NCBI GenBank assembly: GCA_028534125.1
Contig: CM052817.1
Coordinates: 63,428,001 to 63,492,000, forward strand
DNA from: Lama glama
Lineage: Eukaryota
DNA: 64,000 bases
Direction of reading: 5' to 3'
Every line of letters begins with the position of its first letter. Positions within the stretch are counted from its first letter, which is position 1. Shown here in pieces: positions 12,796 through 25,700 of this stretch. The notes below the pieces were generated by a model, which saw nothing but the letters and a program-made list of their open reading frames with translations, made no database searches and was not told the origin of the DNA. The translations under genes and the position numbers were made by a program.

Positions 12796-12817
12796 CTCTC
12801 TTTCTTTCTTTCTTTCT

Positions 12818-15577
12818 TTCAACTGAAGGTTTGTGGAAACCCTGTCTTGAGTAAGTCTATCAGCACCATTTTTCAGCATTTTCTCACTTCATGTCTCTGT
12901 CACATTTTGGTGATTTTTGCAAAATTTTAAACATTTTCATTATTATTATGTTTCTTATGGTGATCTGCAATCAGTGACCACTGATCATCAGTGTCACTAT
13001 TGTAATTGTTTTGGGGCACCATGAACCATGCCCATATAAGACAGCAAATTTAATTGATAAATGTTGTGTGTGTTCTGACTGCTTCACCCATTGGCCATTG
13101 CTCCATCTTTTTCCCTCTCCTCTGGCCTTCCTATTCCCTGAGACAAAACAATATTGAAATTAGGCCAGTTACTAACCCTACAATAGCTTTTAAGTGTTCA
13201 AGTGAAATGAGTTGTCACATGTCTCTCACTTTAAATCAAAAGCTAAAAATGATTAATCTTATTGAGGAAAACATGTTGAGAACTGAGACAGACCAGAAGC
13301 TATGCCTCCTATACGAGTTAGCCAGGAAGAGGAAAAAATTCTTGGAGGAAATTTTAAGTGCTACACCAGTAAACACACAAATGATAAGAAAGCGAATTAG
13401 CCTTATTGCTGATATGGAGAAAATTTTAGTGCTCTCAATAGAAAATTAAACCAACCACAACATTCCCTTAAACCAAAGCATAATCCAGAGGAAGGCCCTG
13501 ATTCTCTTCAATCTGTGAAGGCTGAGAGAGGTAAGGAAGCTGCAGAAAAAATGCTCAAAATTAGTAGAGGTTGGCTCATGAGGTTTAGGGCAAGAAGCCA
13601 TCTCCATAACATCAAGTGTTGATGTAGAAGCTACAGCAGGTTATCCAGAAGATGTACCAAGGTGGCTAAATGAAACAACAGATTTTGAATGTAGACAAAA
13701 CATCCTTTTATTGGAAGAAGATGCCATGTAGGACTCGCATAGCTAAAGAGAAGTCAATGCCCGACTTTAAAGCTTCAAAGAACAGGCTGCCTCTCTTGTT
13801 AATGCAGTTTAAATTGAAGCTGATGATCATTCACCATGCTGAAAATCCTAAGAATTTACCTTAAAAATTATGCTAAATGACTCTCCTGTGCTCTATAAAT
13901 GGAACCACAAAGCCTGGATGACAGCACATCTATTTACAACATGGTTTACTGAATATTTTAGGCCTCCAGCTGAGATCTACTGCTCAGGAAAAAAAAAAAA
14001 AGATTCCTTTCAAAATGTTACTATTCAATGCACTTGGTCATCCAAGATCTCTGATGGAGATGTACAACATGATTAATGTTGTTTTGATTGGATAAAGAAG
14101 ATGTGGTATATTTATACAATGGAATACTATTCAGCCATAAAAACCGACAACATAACACCATTTGCAGCAACATGGATGCTCCTGGAGAATGTCATTCTAA
14201 GTGAAGTAAGCCAGAAAGAGAAAGAAAAATATCATATGAGATCGCTCATATGTGGAATCTAAAACAAACAAAAACAAACAAACAAAACAAACAAAACATA
14301 AATACAAAACAGAAACAGACTCATAGACATAGAATACAAACTTGTGGTTGCCAAGGGGGCGGGAGGTGGGTAGGGTTAGACTGGGATTTCAAAATGTAGA
14401 ATTGATAAACAAGATTATACTGTATAGCACAGGGAAATATATACAAGATCTTATGCTAGCTCACAGAGAAAAAAATGTGACAATGAATATATATATGTTC
14501 ATGTAATAATTGAAAAATTGGGCTCTACACTGGAATTTGACACAACATTGTAAAATTATTATAAATCAATAAAAAATGTTAAAAAGAAAAAAAAGATTAA
14601 TGTTTTCACTCTTGCTAACTCAACATCCATTCTTCAACCAGTAGATCAAGGAGTCTTTCAACTTTCAAGTATTATTATTTAAGAAATACATTTTGTAAGG
14701 ACATAGCTGCCAAAGATAGTGATTCCTCTGGTGGATCTAGGCAAAGTCAGTTAAAAGCCTTCTAGAGAGGATTCTCTATTCTTGATACTTAAGAACCCTG
14801 ATGGTTCATGGGAGGAAGTTAAAATACCAACATTAATAGGAGTTTGGAAGATGTTGATTTCAGCCCTCAAGGATGACTCTGAGGCAAGAATTCAGTTGAG
14901 GAAGGAATTGCAAATGTAGTGGAAATAGCATGAGAACTAGAATTAGAAGTAGAGCCTGAAGATGTGACTGAATTGCTACAATCTTACGATAAAACTTTAA
15001 CAGCTAAAGAGTTGCTTCTTATGAATGAACAAAGTGGTTTCTTAAGATGGAATCTACTCCTGGTGAAGATGTTATAAAACTTGTTGAAATGACAACGAAG
15101 GATTTTAAATATTACATAAAGTTAGTTGATAAAGCAGTGGCAGAGTTTGAAAGGATTGACTCCAATTTTGAGGAAAGTTCTGCTGCATACTACAGAGAAA
15201 TCATTCATGAAAGTCTCAGTCAATAAGGCAGACTTCATTGTCTTATTTTAAGAAATTGCCACTATCACCCTAACCTTCAGCAGTCATCACCCTGTTCAGT
15301 CAGCAGCCATCAATATCAAGGCAAGATACTCCACAAGCAAAAAGATTATGACTTGCTTAAGGCTCAGATGATGGTTAGCAGTTTCTAGCAATAAAGTATG
15401 TTTAATTATTGTATGTACATTTTTTTTCAGACATAACACTATTGCATACATAGTAGACTACAGTATAATTTTTCTATGCACTGGGAAACCAAACAATTAA
15501 TGTAACTTGGTTTATTGTGATACTTGTTTTATTGCAGTAGTCTGGAACCAAACCTGCAATATCTCCAAGGTATGCCC
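12818..15577 (+). mobile_element. Tigger1 (TcMar/pogo) DNA transposon, near full length, decayed transposase, interrupted by an L1
   Basis: Peptides SLTLNQKLKMI..., [15 protein letters not shown] and [13 protein letters not shown] match Tigger transposase. 3' terminus ctgcaatatctccaaggtatgcc is present; the 5' TIR is probably lost in the gap. Confidence 0.95.
14086..14594 (+). mobile_element. 5'-truncated camelid-type L1 inserted in Tigger1
   Basis: ORF2 C-terminus (DWIKKMWYIYTMEYYSAIK), 3'UTR and A-tail. TSD GATTAATGTT(GTT)TT at 14071-14085 and 14595-14606. Confidence 0.95.
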
Positions 15578-15639
15578 AAACCTCCATTGAGAAATAGTTA
15601 GTCACATCTTTGTTATCTATGCAAACTAAAAAAGTGAGT

Positions 15640-16250
15640 ATGCACTAAAAAACAAAGAAAGTGTATAATCTGCAATCCAAAGAAGGAAAGAATCAATAAA
15701 TGAAAGGAAAAAAAACTCTGATAGGAAGGAAGAAGAGGAGTAAAAAGCATGAAAATAGCTGAGTAGAAAGAAAGTACAAAATAAAATGGAATAACAAATA
15801 TAAATATGTTGATAATCACAATAATTGTAAGCGGATTAAACTTACAGTTGAAATCTAAAAACTGACATTTTTAAACAATACAGCTATATACTTCTTAAAT
15901 AAAAAAACACATAGCGTAATTACAAAGAAAATTTGGGAAAAAAACAGAATGGATAAAATACACTAGGCATATACCATTCAGAATTCAATTAATATAACTA
16001 TATGAACATCAAGTAAATGATAAAGGTAAAAAAAAATTGTTAGGAATACAGTGCTATCAACATACTAAATACTCATTAATTTGCCATAAAATAACATATA
16101 ATAAATCTAAATATGTATGCATCTAGTATGAATTGATTCACCACATAGATAATACATATTAATTCAAAACATGCGTGCGTCTAATAACATCATCCCAAAA
16201 TATGGAAAACAAAAGTTAATAGAATTATGAGAAATCAATATATCAATTCT
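15640..16250 (+). mobile_element. Ancient L1 (L1ME-like) fragment around the ORF2 start
   Basis: A-rich, with degenerate EN-domain DNA (ataatcacaataattgtaagcggattaaac, tctaaatatgtatgcatcta). Confidence 0.5.
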
Positions 16251-16319
16251 CCTAATATTTACAAAATAGTGAAGAATCTGTAGTTTTATTCTTGATGTTA
16301 AATTCTTATTTCTCCTTTT

Positions 16320-16847
16320 TCTCATTATCTAATGTGCAACAAACCACCTCAAATCTTAGCAGTTTAAATCAACATTAATTTTATTTGTTTATTATTTATT
16401 AATTAATTCATTAATCTTGAATCTGTAATTTGATCAGGGCTCACAAGGGATAGCTTGTTTCTGCTGTACTAGCATCATGTGAGGTGGCTCTAAGGCTGGA
16501 AAGTATAATCCTCTAAAGGCTTGGTCACTCGCATGTCTGGCAGCTGGTGTCATTCACCTGAGACCTCAACTGGGGTAATGTAGTAGCCACCTACTTGTGG
16601 CTACTACACATGGCCTGAGATTCTTTCCAACACAGTGACTAAGTTCTAAGAGTAAGCATTTGAGAGAGAGCTGGGGTAGGGGCTGGGCCAGGTGGAAGCT
16701 ATATTACCTTTTATGACCTGTCCTTGAAAATTATGCATCATCACTTCTACTGCATTCTACCTGTCAAAATTATCTCAAAGACCTGCCTAATTTTAAATGG
16801 AGGGCAAACAAACTCTACCTCTTGATTGATGTATATAGGACTGGAAA
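16320..16847 (-). mobile_element. ERVL-MaLR solo LTR (MLT1F/G/H-like)
   Basis: aacaaaccacctcaaatcttagcagtttaaa, cactcgcatgtctggcagctgg, ccttttatgacct, catcacttctactgcattct. Confidence 0.8.
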
Positions 16848-17639
16848 ATGTGTTGTGCCTTCTCGTTGAAAATGCAGCATGCCATACCCTTACCTAGAAA
16901 TACATGGCAAGAAAAAAAAAGAAAGAAACGAATCTTATCACTTGACAAATAATTACTTGAACTTAACTACCTTACCTACTTATCTTACTTTAACATAAGT
17001 ATCTTAGATAACCAAGAGATTCATTGCATCTTTACTGAGTTCTCTTTTAAGAGGCAAATCAATTTTTGAACTCTTAAGACTTTTTAAGCCACCTAAGACT
17101 TATTATCTAACGTAATTACCTATTATCAGGAGCAGTACTTTCAGAAGTTGAAAAATTGCAATTGGAATAGGAAACAGAGACAGTTTCATGATTGCTTTTC
17201 ATGGAGTTTTCTTTGGCTGTTAGACACTCCAGACCAGTAAACAGCTTGGGTCGGATTTTGAGATAATTCTACAAAATGCTGACACATTTAAAGCTCAGTG
17301 AGGGAGTAAGTTCTTACTTAGTTTCAAAACTACAGTTTTCTTAGTAAATAGGGAAAATGTCAACATGCGATTATATTAAGCCTTTAGTGAAATCACCTGA
17401 AAAAGTAGTTTTTTGTTCATTCATGTGTTTTTGTCTTGCTTGCCTTCCTCCAAGTAACCGCATCCATAAGTACTGGTACTCATATTTTAACTCATTTTAG
17501 GTCATAATCCCAATGATAGCAACACTTTATTGACATTTGTGTTTCCTTTATAGTATCCATTGCAGTGTCCTTATGCTTAAAAATAAACACAATTATTTAC
17601 AAAAAGCCATATTGGAAAATGAAATGAAAAAAATAGTAA

Positions 17640-18060
17640 GGATACAAAAGATTGCATCAGCACAATTAGCAAGCTTCCACTACAGGACATAAGATGTACC
17701 TATCTATTTTTTCAAATTAATTATTTGAGAAATATACTATAAGCACAGAGACAATTTATGAAAACTAGTATTATGACATAAAGTAATAAATTACTATCCT
17801 CTAATACATGCTTTCTACCAGATTTATTTCTTAAGTTCTTTATAGTTTTTGTTGCTATAATAGGTAACTTTTTAATATAAATTTCCTTTTATAACAGTTA
17901 TTATAACAGCTATAATAGGTAACTTTTTAATATAAATTTCCTTTTATAACAGTTATTGGAATGTACTCTCAAATTAATCTTACACTGAGGAAACTTGCTG
18001 AACTCTCTTATCAATTCTGAGAATATATCTGCAGCTTCTCTCTGGATTCTATATGCACTA
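17640..18060 (-). mobile_element. Ancient L1 (L1ME-like) fragment
   Basis: Reverse ORF2-like DNA (tttatttcttaag...ttttgttgctata, aacttgctgaactctcttatcaattct). Confidence 0.45.
17854..17957. repeat. Perfect 49-bp tandem duplication with 6-bp spacer
   Basis: 17854-17902 is identical to 17909-17957; spacer ATAACA. Confidence 0.97.
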
Positions 18061-18430
18061 GGACTTTATGGACTTCTGAAAGAAGAAAGTAGAGACATGA
18101 GACTTAATTGGAACCAATTTTGACTATCTTAGAGGAGGGGTGCTCTGTTCTGGAGTTTCCCTTCCAAATGCTTAGTTAGCTTGGTGATGCAGCTTCCAAG
18201 CCATCTCCCTGGCCCTCACCTGCAGTACTCATGGTACAGCCTCAGCTCCAGACTCAAACTCCAGTTTTCACCACTCTAAATGCATTCAGTAGGATGACAC
18301 TAAGGGTTATGAATAGCTCTTGTAAAGCAGACTGTCGCTATGTGGAAAACCTCTTTTAGAACGGAAAAATCAACTATTATCCACTTAGCTAATTGCCATT
18401 AATGAATTGCTTTTTAATCCACTCACTCTT

Positions 18431-19714
18431 TTTTTTAATTTTATTTTATTGAGTTATAGTCAGTTTACAATGTTGTGTCAATTTCCAGTATAGAACACAA
18501 TTTTTCAGTTATACATGAACATACATATATTCATTGTCACATACTTTTTCTCCGTGAGCTACCACAAGATCTTGTATATATTTCCCTGTGCTATACAGTA
18601 TAATCTTGTTTATCTATTCTATATATACCTGTCAGTATCTACAAATTTCAAACTCCCAGTCTGTCCCTTCCCACTCCCTGCCCCCCTGGCAACTTAAAGT
18701 TTGTACTGGAAAACTGGACAGCAGCATGTAAATCAGTGAAGCTAGAACACTCCCTTACACCATACACAAAAATAAACTCAAAATGGATCAAAGACTTAAA
18801 CACAAGACAAGATACAATAAACCTCCTGGAAGAAAATATAGCAAAACGTTATCTGACATTCATCTCAAAAATGTTCTCCTAGGGCAGCCTACCCAAGCAA
18901 TAGAAATAAAAGCAAGAATAAACAAATGGAACCTAATTAAACTTACAAGCTTTTGCACAGCAAAGGAAACCATAAACAAAACAAAACAACAACCTATGGA
19001 ATGGGAGAAAATTTTTGCGAAAGATGAAACTGACAAATGCTTGATCTCCAGAATATATTTTGGAGCTCACATGACTTAATAAAAAAAAAACAAAACCCAA
19101 TCCAAAAATGGGCAGAAGACCTAAAAAAGCAATTCTACACATGGCCAATAGGCACATGAAAAAATGCTCAGTATCACTAATTATCAGAGAAATGCAAATC
19201 AAAACTTCAATGAGGTATCATCTCACACCATTCAGAATGGCCATCATTCAAAAGTCCACAAATGACAAATGCTAGAGAGGCTGTGGAGAAAAGGGAGCCC
19301 TCCTGCACTGCTGGTGGGAATGCAGTTTGGTGCAGCCACTGTGGAAAACAGTGTGGACATTCCTCAAAAGACTAGGAATAGACTTACCGTATGACCCAGG
19401 AATCCCACCCCTGGGCATATATCCAGAAGGAACCCTACTTCAAAATGACACCTGCACCCCAATGTTCATAGCAGCACTATTTACAAACAGCCAAGCCATG
19501 GAAACAGCCTAAATGTCCATCAACAGATGACTGGATAAAGAAGAGATGGTATATTCATACCATGGAATACTATTCAGCCATAAAATACAACAACATAATG
19601 CCATTTGCAGCAACATGGATGTCCCTCGAGAATGTCATTCTAAGTGAAGTAAGCCAGAAAGAGAAAGAAAAATACCTTCTGAGATCACTCATATGTGGAA
19701 TCTAAAGAAAAGAG

Positions 19715-19753
<39 letters not shown>

Positions 19754-19866
19754 AAGAAAAAGAAAGAAAGAAAGAAAGAAAGAGAGAAAAGGAAAGAAAA
19801 AAGAAAAGGAAAAGACAAATGGACATAAATATAAAACAAACAGACTCATAGACATAGAATACAAAC
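18431..19866 (-). mobile_element. L1 with 5' inversion (3' end on minus strand 18431-18705; inverted ORF2/3'UTR on plus strand 18706-19866)
   Basis: 17-bp TSD TTAATCCACTC[A/T]CTCTT at 18414-18430 and 19867-19883; ORF2 peptides such as [26 protein letters not shown]. Confidence 0.95.
19704..19814. repeat. (GA)n/(GAAA)n compound microsatellite inside the L1 3'UTR
   Basis: Direct reading. Confidence 0.9.
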
Positions 19867-20924
19867 TTAATCCACTCTCTCTTAATGAATAGATATAAAT
19901 ACTTCACTGACATATTTGTTTAAAATTTTTCTCTTGTTGCTTACATTTACTATCATAAGTAAAGTATTTTATCTAGAGATTATATTGAATATTCCCAAAT
20001 AAGCAAAGCCTATAGTTAAATATTGTGTCTCAGTATAGTGATTCCTCAAGTAGTATTAAAAGTATTTATAGATGGACTATACAGCTGTTTACTTTGTAGG
20101 ATTTGAGGGATGTGTTTAAGGTGCCCCTGCTTCTACCTGAAAATACAGTTTCCAGTGGTGAGAACCTAAGATCCTATAATTAAATGCAAGTAATAATCGT
20201 TAAAATTGTTAAAAATCAAATAATTCAGGGATAGCATATACATATCACATATTATTGGAAATTGGCCATGTTTTAGTCTGCCATTATTAGTCTCTTAAAT
20301 AAATAAACTTACTATGAAAATCAAGCTTGCAAAGTTCCTCCAATACACAAGGTAACACAAAAATCATGTCAAATAACAGGTCTGGTGTTTGGTTCAGAAA
20401 GTAGGTGGACCCTTGGTTATCATGTTAAGGCTTTGCCGTTATGATTACCTTAGGTGGAATTAGATTGTTTTCTGACTATGAAACAAAGACTTTGTGGCAA
20501 TGAGACACTAAATATGGACAAACGTGGATATATTAGGATGGTAAGAGTGTAAAGTCACCCACCATGAACACAATCTGTAGATGGAGAGGCTGGGATGCAG
20601 GGTGTGTGGATGAATGATACAAGAAAATACACTTAAATACATGTTGCCTGAGAATAGATACTGATTTGAACTCTGAACAAACTCACTTAGTCTAGGTATC
20701 ACATTCATCAGTTTTCTTTTAAGCAATTAGGTGCATTTTCTGTGTCTACAAGATGATTATCAAAAAAAATTGTTAAAATATGTAATATTATTTCAAAAAA
20801 ATCATTTTTAAATTTAAAATTTGAAGCCCAAAGGAGATCACAAGTAAAAAGATTTTGTTTTGGAACTCATGAGAGGTCTGAATTCCAGATACAAGTCCCA
20901 GGGAGTTTGAAGAAAATATAGTTC

Positions 20925-21493
20925 TGTAACCAAGAGGAGAGAAAAAGGCCTCAGTTCTTTGTCTTACCTGAAAAAAGAGAATTCAAATGGGAGACTGAAA
21001 GTGTTGTGGAAACAGAGAATTTTATTAGTAGAGCAAAAGTTAGCAGAGTACTAGAGTATTCTAGAATTGAAGGTGGGCCAACCCAAGACAGGAAAATGGA
21101 GACCCCTCTGTTGTGTCTTCTGTCTTACATCCTGGCTTAGGGGCATTCTGGTGATTGATTGACGGCTCACGTCCCTTGAGTGGCTTGAGTATGCCCATCT
21201 CCTTTGTGCACGCTTTTACCCGTGATGCACACAGAAAAGCCCATGGGAGGGGGCCTAACCTGCAATGCTAATTACATTATAATGAGCATTGGGTTATGTT
21301 AAGTCGAGTCCTTCTATGTACTGCACAGCCACAGCATCCGATTCTAAATGGTTTTTTTGTTGGCACTCATTTAGGGAAAATAAAACTCTGAAGCTCCTTA
21401 TCCTGAATGCAGGCGTACTGTTATTTTCTGTATTGTTCTCTCTCCCTTCCTCTCCTCCTTACCCAGTGCTCATTTCTATCTAACTGCCTAAAA
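20925..21493 (-). mobile_element. ERV1-class solo LTR, 569 bp
   Basis: Begins TGTAAC, ends ...CTGCCTAAAA (terminal CA mutated). 4-bp TSD GTTC at 20921-20924 and 21494-21497; minus-strand AATAAA at 21021-21026; retains several CpGs. Confidence 0.8.
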
Positions 21494-21655
21494 GTTCTAC
21501 ATTAGTTGGATAAATTCTAGTCAGATAAACAAACTAAATAGTTGGGTCTGTGCCTTCGTTTTTTCATCTATAGAATGACACTCATAAACTTTACATAATT
21601 CTCAGAAATATTAACCAATTGCTGATTTGAGGTGTTTCTGGAGGAAATTATACAT

Positions 21656-21797
21656 TTCATTCATTTATCAGAATCCTTTTGAATGCTAATAATATGTTAC
21701 CCCTCAGAACAAAAAGGACAGTCTCAGTTTCAAGAAGCTCATGTTCTGTTAAGGGTAAACAGATAAATATATACATGACAGATATCAAGAAGTGTTT

Positions 21798-21834
<37 letters not shown>

Positions 21835-22440
21835 CCACACAAGAAAATTAAATCAGTAAGATCTGGGGTTCTGGTCTACCAAGGGCTGTCAAGAAGTCAT
21901 CTCTGACAAGGAGCCAGCTGACTAGAAGTCTAAAGAAAGCAAAGTAGTGATTGAGGTGGTTACCATGGGAGAGAGTGATCCAAGTGAAGCAACAGGCCAG
22001 GAGAAGAGTTCCAAGACAGAAGCAAGAGCGGCATGTGCAAAGGATAGCATGGAAAGCAACGTGGCTGAGAGAAGTGAGTGAAAGGAAGAGGAAAGAGAGG
22101 TAATAGGTCCAGGACTCATAGGATTTTACTCTGAATTACACTTCAAGCCATGAGAAATTGTTAGAATGAGAGTAACTTGGTCTTATTTAAGGTTAGCAGG
22201 AACACTCAGACTGCTGTGTGGAGCAATGACTTGGGTTTGGGACAGATGAGGTGGATCCAAGGAAACTGTCCTACTGTGATAGGCTAGGTCACTATCATAT
22301 TGAATTTGAATAGGATGGTGGTGGTGAAGGTGATGAATATGATCAACTTTAGGCTCTATTTTAAAGAGAATGCCTATAAGATTTGCTGATGGGTTGGATG
22401 TGGGATATAAAAGAGTCTAAGATGGCTCCAAAGTTGTTAT
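21656..22440 (-). mobile_element. LINE-2 3' portion
   Basis: ttcattcattt tail; ggattttactctga, atttgctgatgggttggatgtggg and aagatggctccaaagtt. Confidence 0.75.
21801..21830. repeat. (AC)15 microsatellite
   Basis: Direct reading. Confidence 0.97.
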
Positions 22441-22551
22441 TAAATTATATAACTTAAAACTAACTTATAACTTAAATAGGACAAAAATTTTAAAATATGT
22501 AAGTGTATAGTCTTGAAGTATCTTGGTTTGAAACCTTTTCATGGTTTGAAT

Positions 22552-22706
22552 CAGTGGTTCTCAAGGTTGGTATGTAGCAGAATCACTTGGAAAGCTACCA
22601 GAGTACAGAGGCCAACACATTGGTGCAAAGTAGGAGGACTTGAGCCTCTGTGTGTTTGCCAAGTCCCCAGGTGATTATAATACATGCCTGAGTTTAATAA
22701 CCACTG
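22552..22706. mobile_element. hAT-Charlie MITE (MER5A/B-like)
   Basis: TIRs CAGTGGTT...AACCACTG; degenerate 8-bp TSD GTTTGAAT / GTTTAGAT. Confidence 0.85.
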
Positions 22707-25700
22707 GTTTAGATCAAATCTTTTAAGGAATTGACTAATAGCTAAAGTCCTTTTTCAGCATAAACCAAAAGAAAAATTAGAAATTTATTTTTCCTCCTAT
22801 GACTAGGAACTGTTCTTTATAAGTTATTTAGCATTTACTAGATAGAAAATAAATCTTGTTAAGTTAATCATAGATATTTTTTCTATCTGACATTTTCTTT
22901 TTAGCTTAGATTTAATCCCCAACCTGAATAAACTGTATTTGAAAACTGCATTTATTCTTGATGTCTGTTGCCCATAAACGGGCAGATGGGTGTGTAAATT
23001 CTTTACTGTTCTCACACACACAGGAAGAAATATTTGCTAGCACAGTGGAACACCGTGCTAGTATTTTCTGCTTTGCTACACTCACTTTCTTGCTCTTTGG
23101 GGCTTTAAGTTTTACATTGTGCCCTCGTTGTTCCAGCAGAGGAAATTGTACCACCCACAGGGATCATGCTGTGTTTTCAAATCCTAGAGGTAATGCAACA
23201 ATGGTCATTCCTGAAAATGGGGAAACCCAGAGAGGGGAAAACAGTTTTAGTATCTGGGTCATCCCAGCTGCTGCTGGCTTAAGGAACAAGCGTGAGAAGC
23301 CCCAGACACATGGGAACCTGTGATTTGTACCCAGTTCGTTTTCGCACAGCAGGCTGCCTCCATGTGGCTGAGAGGGCGCTTGATGAGATGCAGTGGAGTG
23401 ATGGGGGCTTCAGGAAAGGGATGGGAGCTTAGGGATAAAATATTGGACAAAAATGCAAATGAGATAAAGGTAATGGCCAGCATTACCAGGCTCCGTTGCT
23501 TTCAATAACACAAATGCTTTCAAGAAGATGAATTTCTAGGACAAGAGAAAGACAGCACAGATAAAATCTAATTGACAGAACTGTTATGGGCAACTGATTC
23601 TATTATTTTCAATAGGCTGCATCAGAGAATCTGTTCAAACACAGTCATACCTTTTAATAATATTCAAAAGGGAAGAATGTATAAGAAGAAAAGTTGAATT
23701 TCGCTTTTTCATATTCTTTCACATAAATACCTAAAGAAGCAAAGTTCCAAAATGGCCCAAAGTATAAATCGGATAAACGGAATCTGTGTCATGCTAAATG
23801 ATTTAATTAACATAATTGAGACTTTTGAAGAAAAAAATCAGAAGCAAAACCCTCTCAATCTGATAGTCATCTTTCTGTTCATCTTTCAAATGAAACCTCT
23901 TCCTGAAAATTCATGCATCACCCACATCTGTGGAATTATCTGAAGAGGGCAGATAATTTCAAAAATCTTTTATAATGGATTTCCATAAACTAATGCATCA
24001 TATTTTACCAGATTTTAATATATCAATAGATATTCATAATATTTTATTTGCATCTGTTTGCTCAAATGTATAAATTATTTTTCCTTCATTCCAAAACCAA
24101 TTTCCTAAGGTAAAATTATTTTCTCAGTTTTAAATCAGAAAGAGACATAGATACTAGATTTTTTTTGCAAAGATATTCCTAATGCTATAAATATTTAATT
24201 TTTTCATATTTTCTATTTTAGAAGCAAGCAACCAATAAAAATTCCAGGGTTGATACTTTGATTTGCATGTCTAGTCACAGTCCAGATAGATACAAGAAAA
24301 ATCATTGAACAATATCTGCATTTTAGTTTCCTTAGCTGTTAAGTGAGGAGAATCACAGTCTTGTTCTGCGGAGTTTGTAGAAACTTCATGTTCATTGAAA
24401 TTCTTAGGAGGCTTATGCCTCATAAATGTAGAGTTACTGCTTTTTAAAAGAATAATTGAGTTAGATGTCACAGAGATTTAAACACACACTGTACTTGGAA
24501 ATCCCTGAAAACAGAACTGACCTTACCTGTTGTCAGGGATACTGGTGAATCAGTTCAAGTGGGATGGGTTTCTGCTGTTCTTTAAATGAGAAAGCACTTT
24601 TTAAAATTGTAAAGCACTTACAGGAAGTCCAAGTTTTGGTGTTATTATTAAAAATATTCATCTGTATAACAATTATAAGTTGAGGATGACAGTTGTTATA
24701 TGGGTCTGGGAAGAAACAAACAATTCAAGGGTATATTTGTATAGGATCAAGTAACGCTTAATCAGTTTCCTAAATTCCACGTTCAAGTAGGCATAACTTT
24801 ACAACAGAAAAAAATATGCTTAAGCTCATGGCTCAATAAATAATTCCTTTACTTGCCAATTTTTTTAAAAATGATCATTCATATCACCTCTTTTTAAGGA
24901 GAGCTTCGCAAGCATTAGAGTCACAGATTCCTCTGACAATCAGATGAAAATAAAGAATTCTCACTGCCCTGCTCCTGTGCATATACACAGAACTGTACTT
25001 AGATTTCAAGAGGTCTCGGAACCATCTGAAACCTGGGTAATGGATTCATCTCTAAAGATTCTAAAGTTAATTCATTCAGCAATCACTTAATGAGCACTTA
25101 CTTTTTTCTCAGAAATGCTCCAAGTACTAAAGACACACAGGGAAGTAGGCACTGTCCCAACTCTAGGAGGCAATATCCAAATGTTAGGTGAAACGTGTGT
25201 CTCACCTAATCACAGAGATGACTTCATTTGGCTGCACAGAAACAAATAGGTAATAATTATGATGATTACAATTTTTTAATACACTAAGAGAATTGAAAAT
25301 ATTCAGCTAACAGAAACAATGAGCTTTTTCTTTTGCCTTCCCCCTTTTTTTCTTCCTGATTTTTACTACCATAAAATGTAAGTAAACATGAAATCTAAAT
25401 TTTGCTGTTAAAAAATATATTACAGTTTATCTTTGAGTTAATAAGCATTTTTGAGTGCCTGCAATATGAATAACAGTATTCTAGATATTGTAACACATCT
25501 CACTATTTTAGAGGCACATTTTATTTCCATCCTCTTCTATGCTTTCATAATCATGTGTTCTCTCTCACTGAGCATTTGCCTTTGGAAAATGGTATTTTTA
25601 ACACTTGATTGTCTCTTCAGCAAAAGTCATCTTATTGAAATAATAAAACAGACTAATATCCTGCTGAGCATGGTACTGTGTGAGGAAACAGAGAAAAGGA

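Noticed and set aside
13054..14076. ORFs resembling a TIGD/CENP-B-like gene
   Set aside because: Fragments of a frameshifted, stop-containing Tigger1 transposase interrupted by an L1.
24527..24579. Minus-strand exon-like block with CAG|GTAAGG donor
   Set aside because: Stops in all three frames, and it overlaps MIR-like sequence that supplies such signals.
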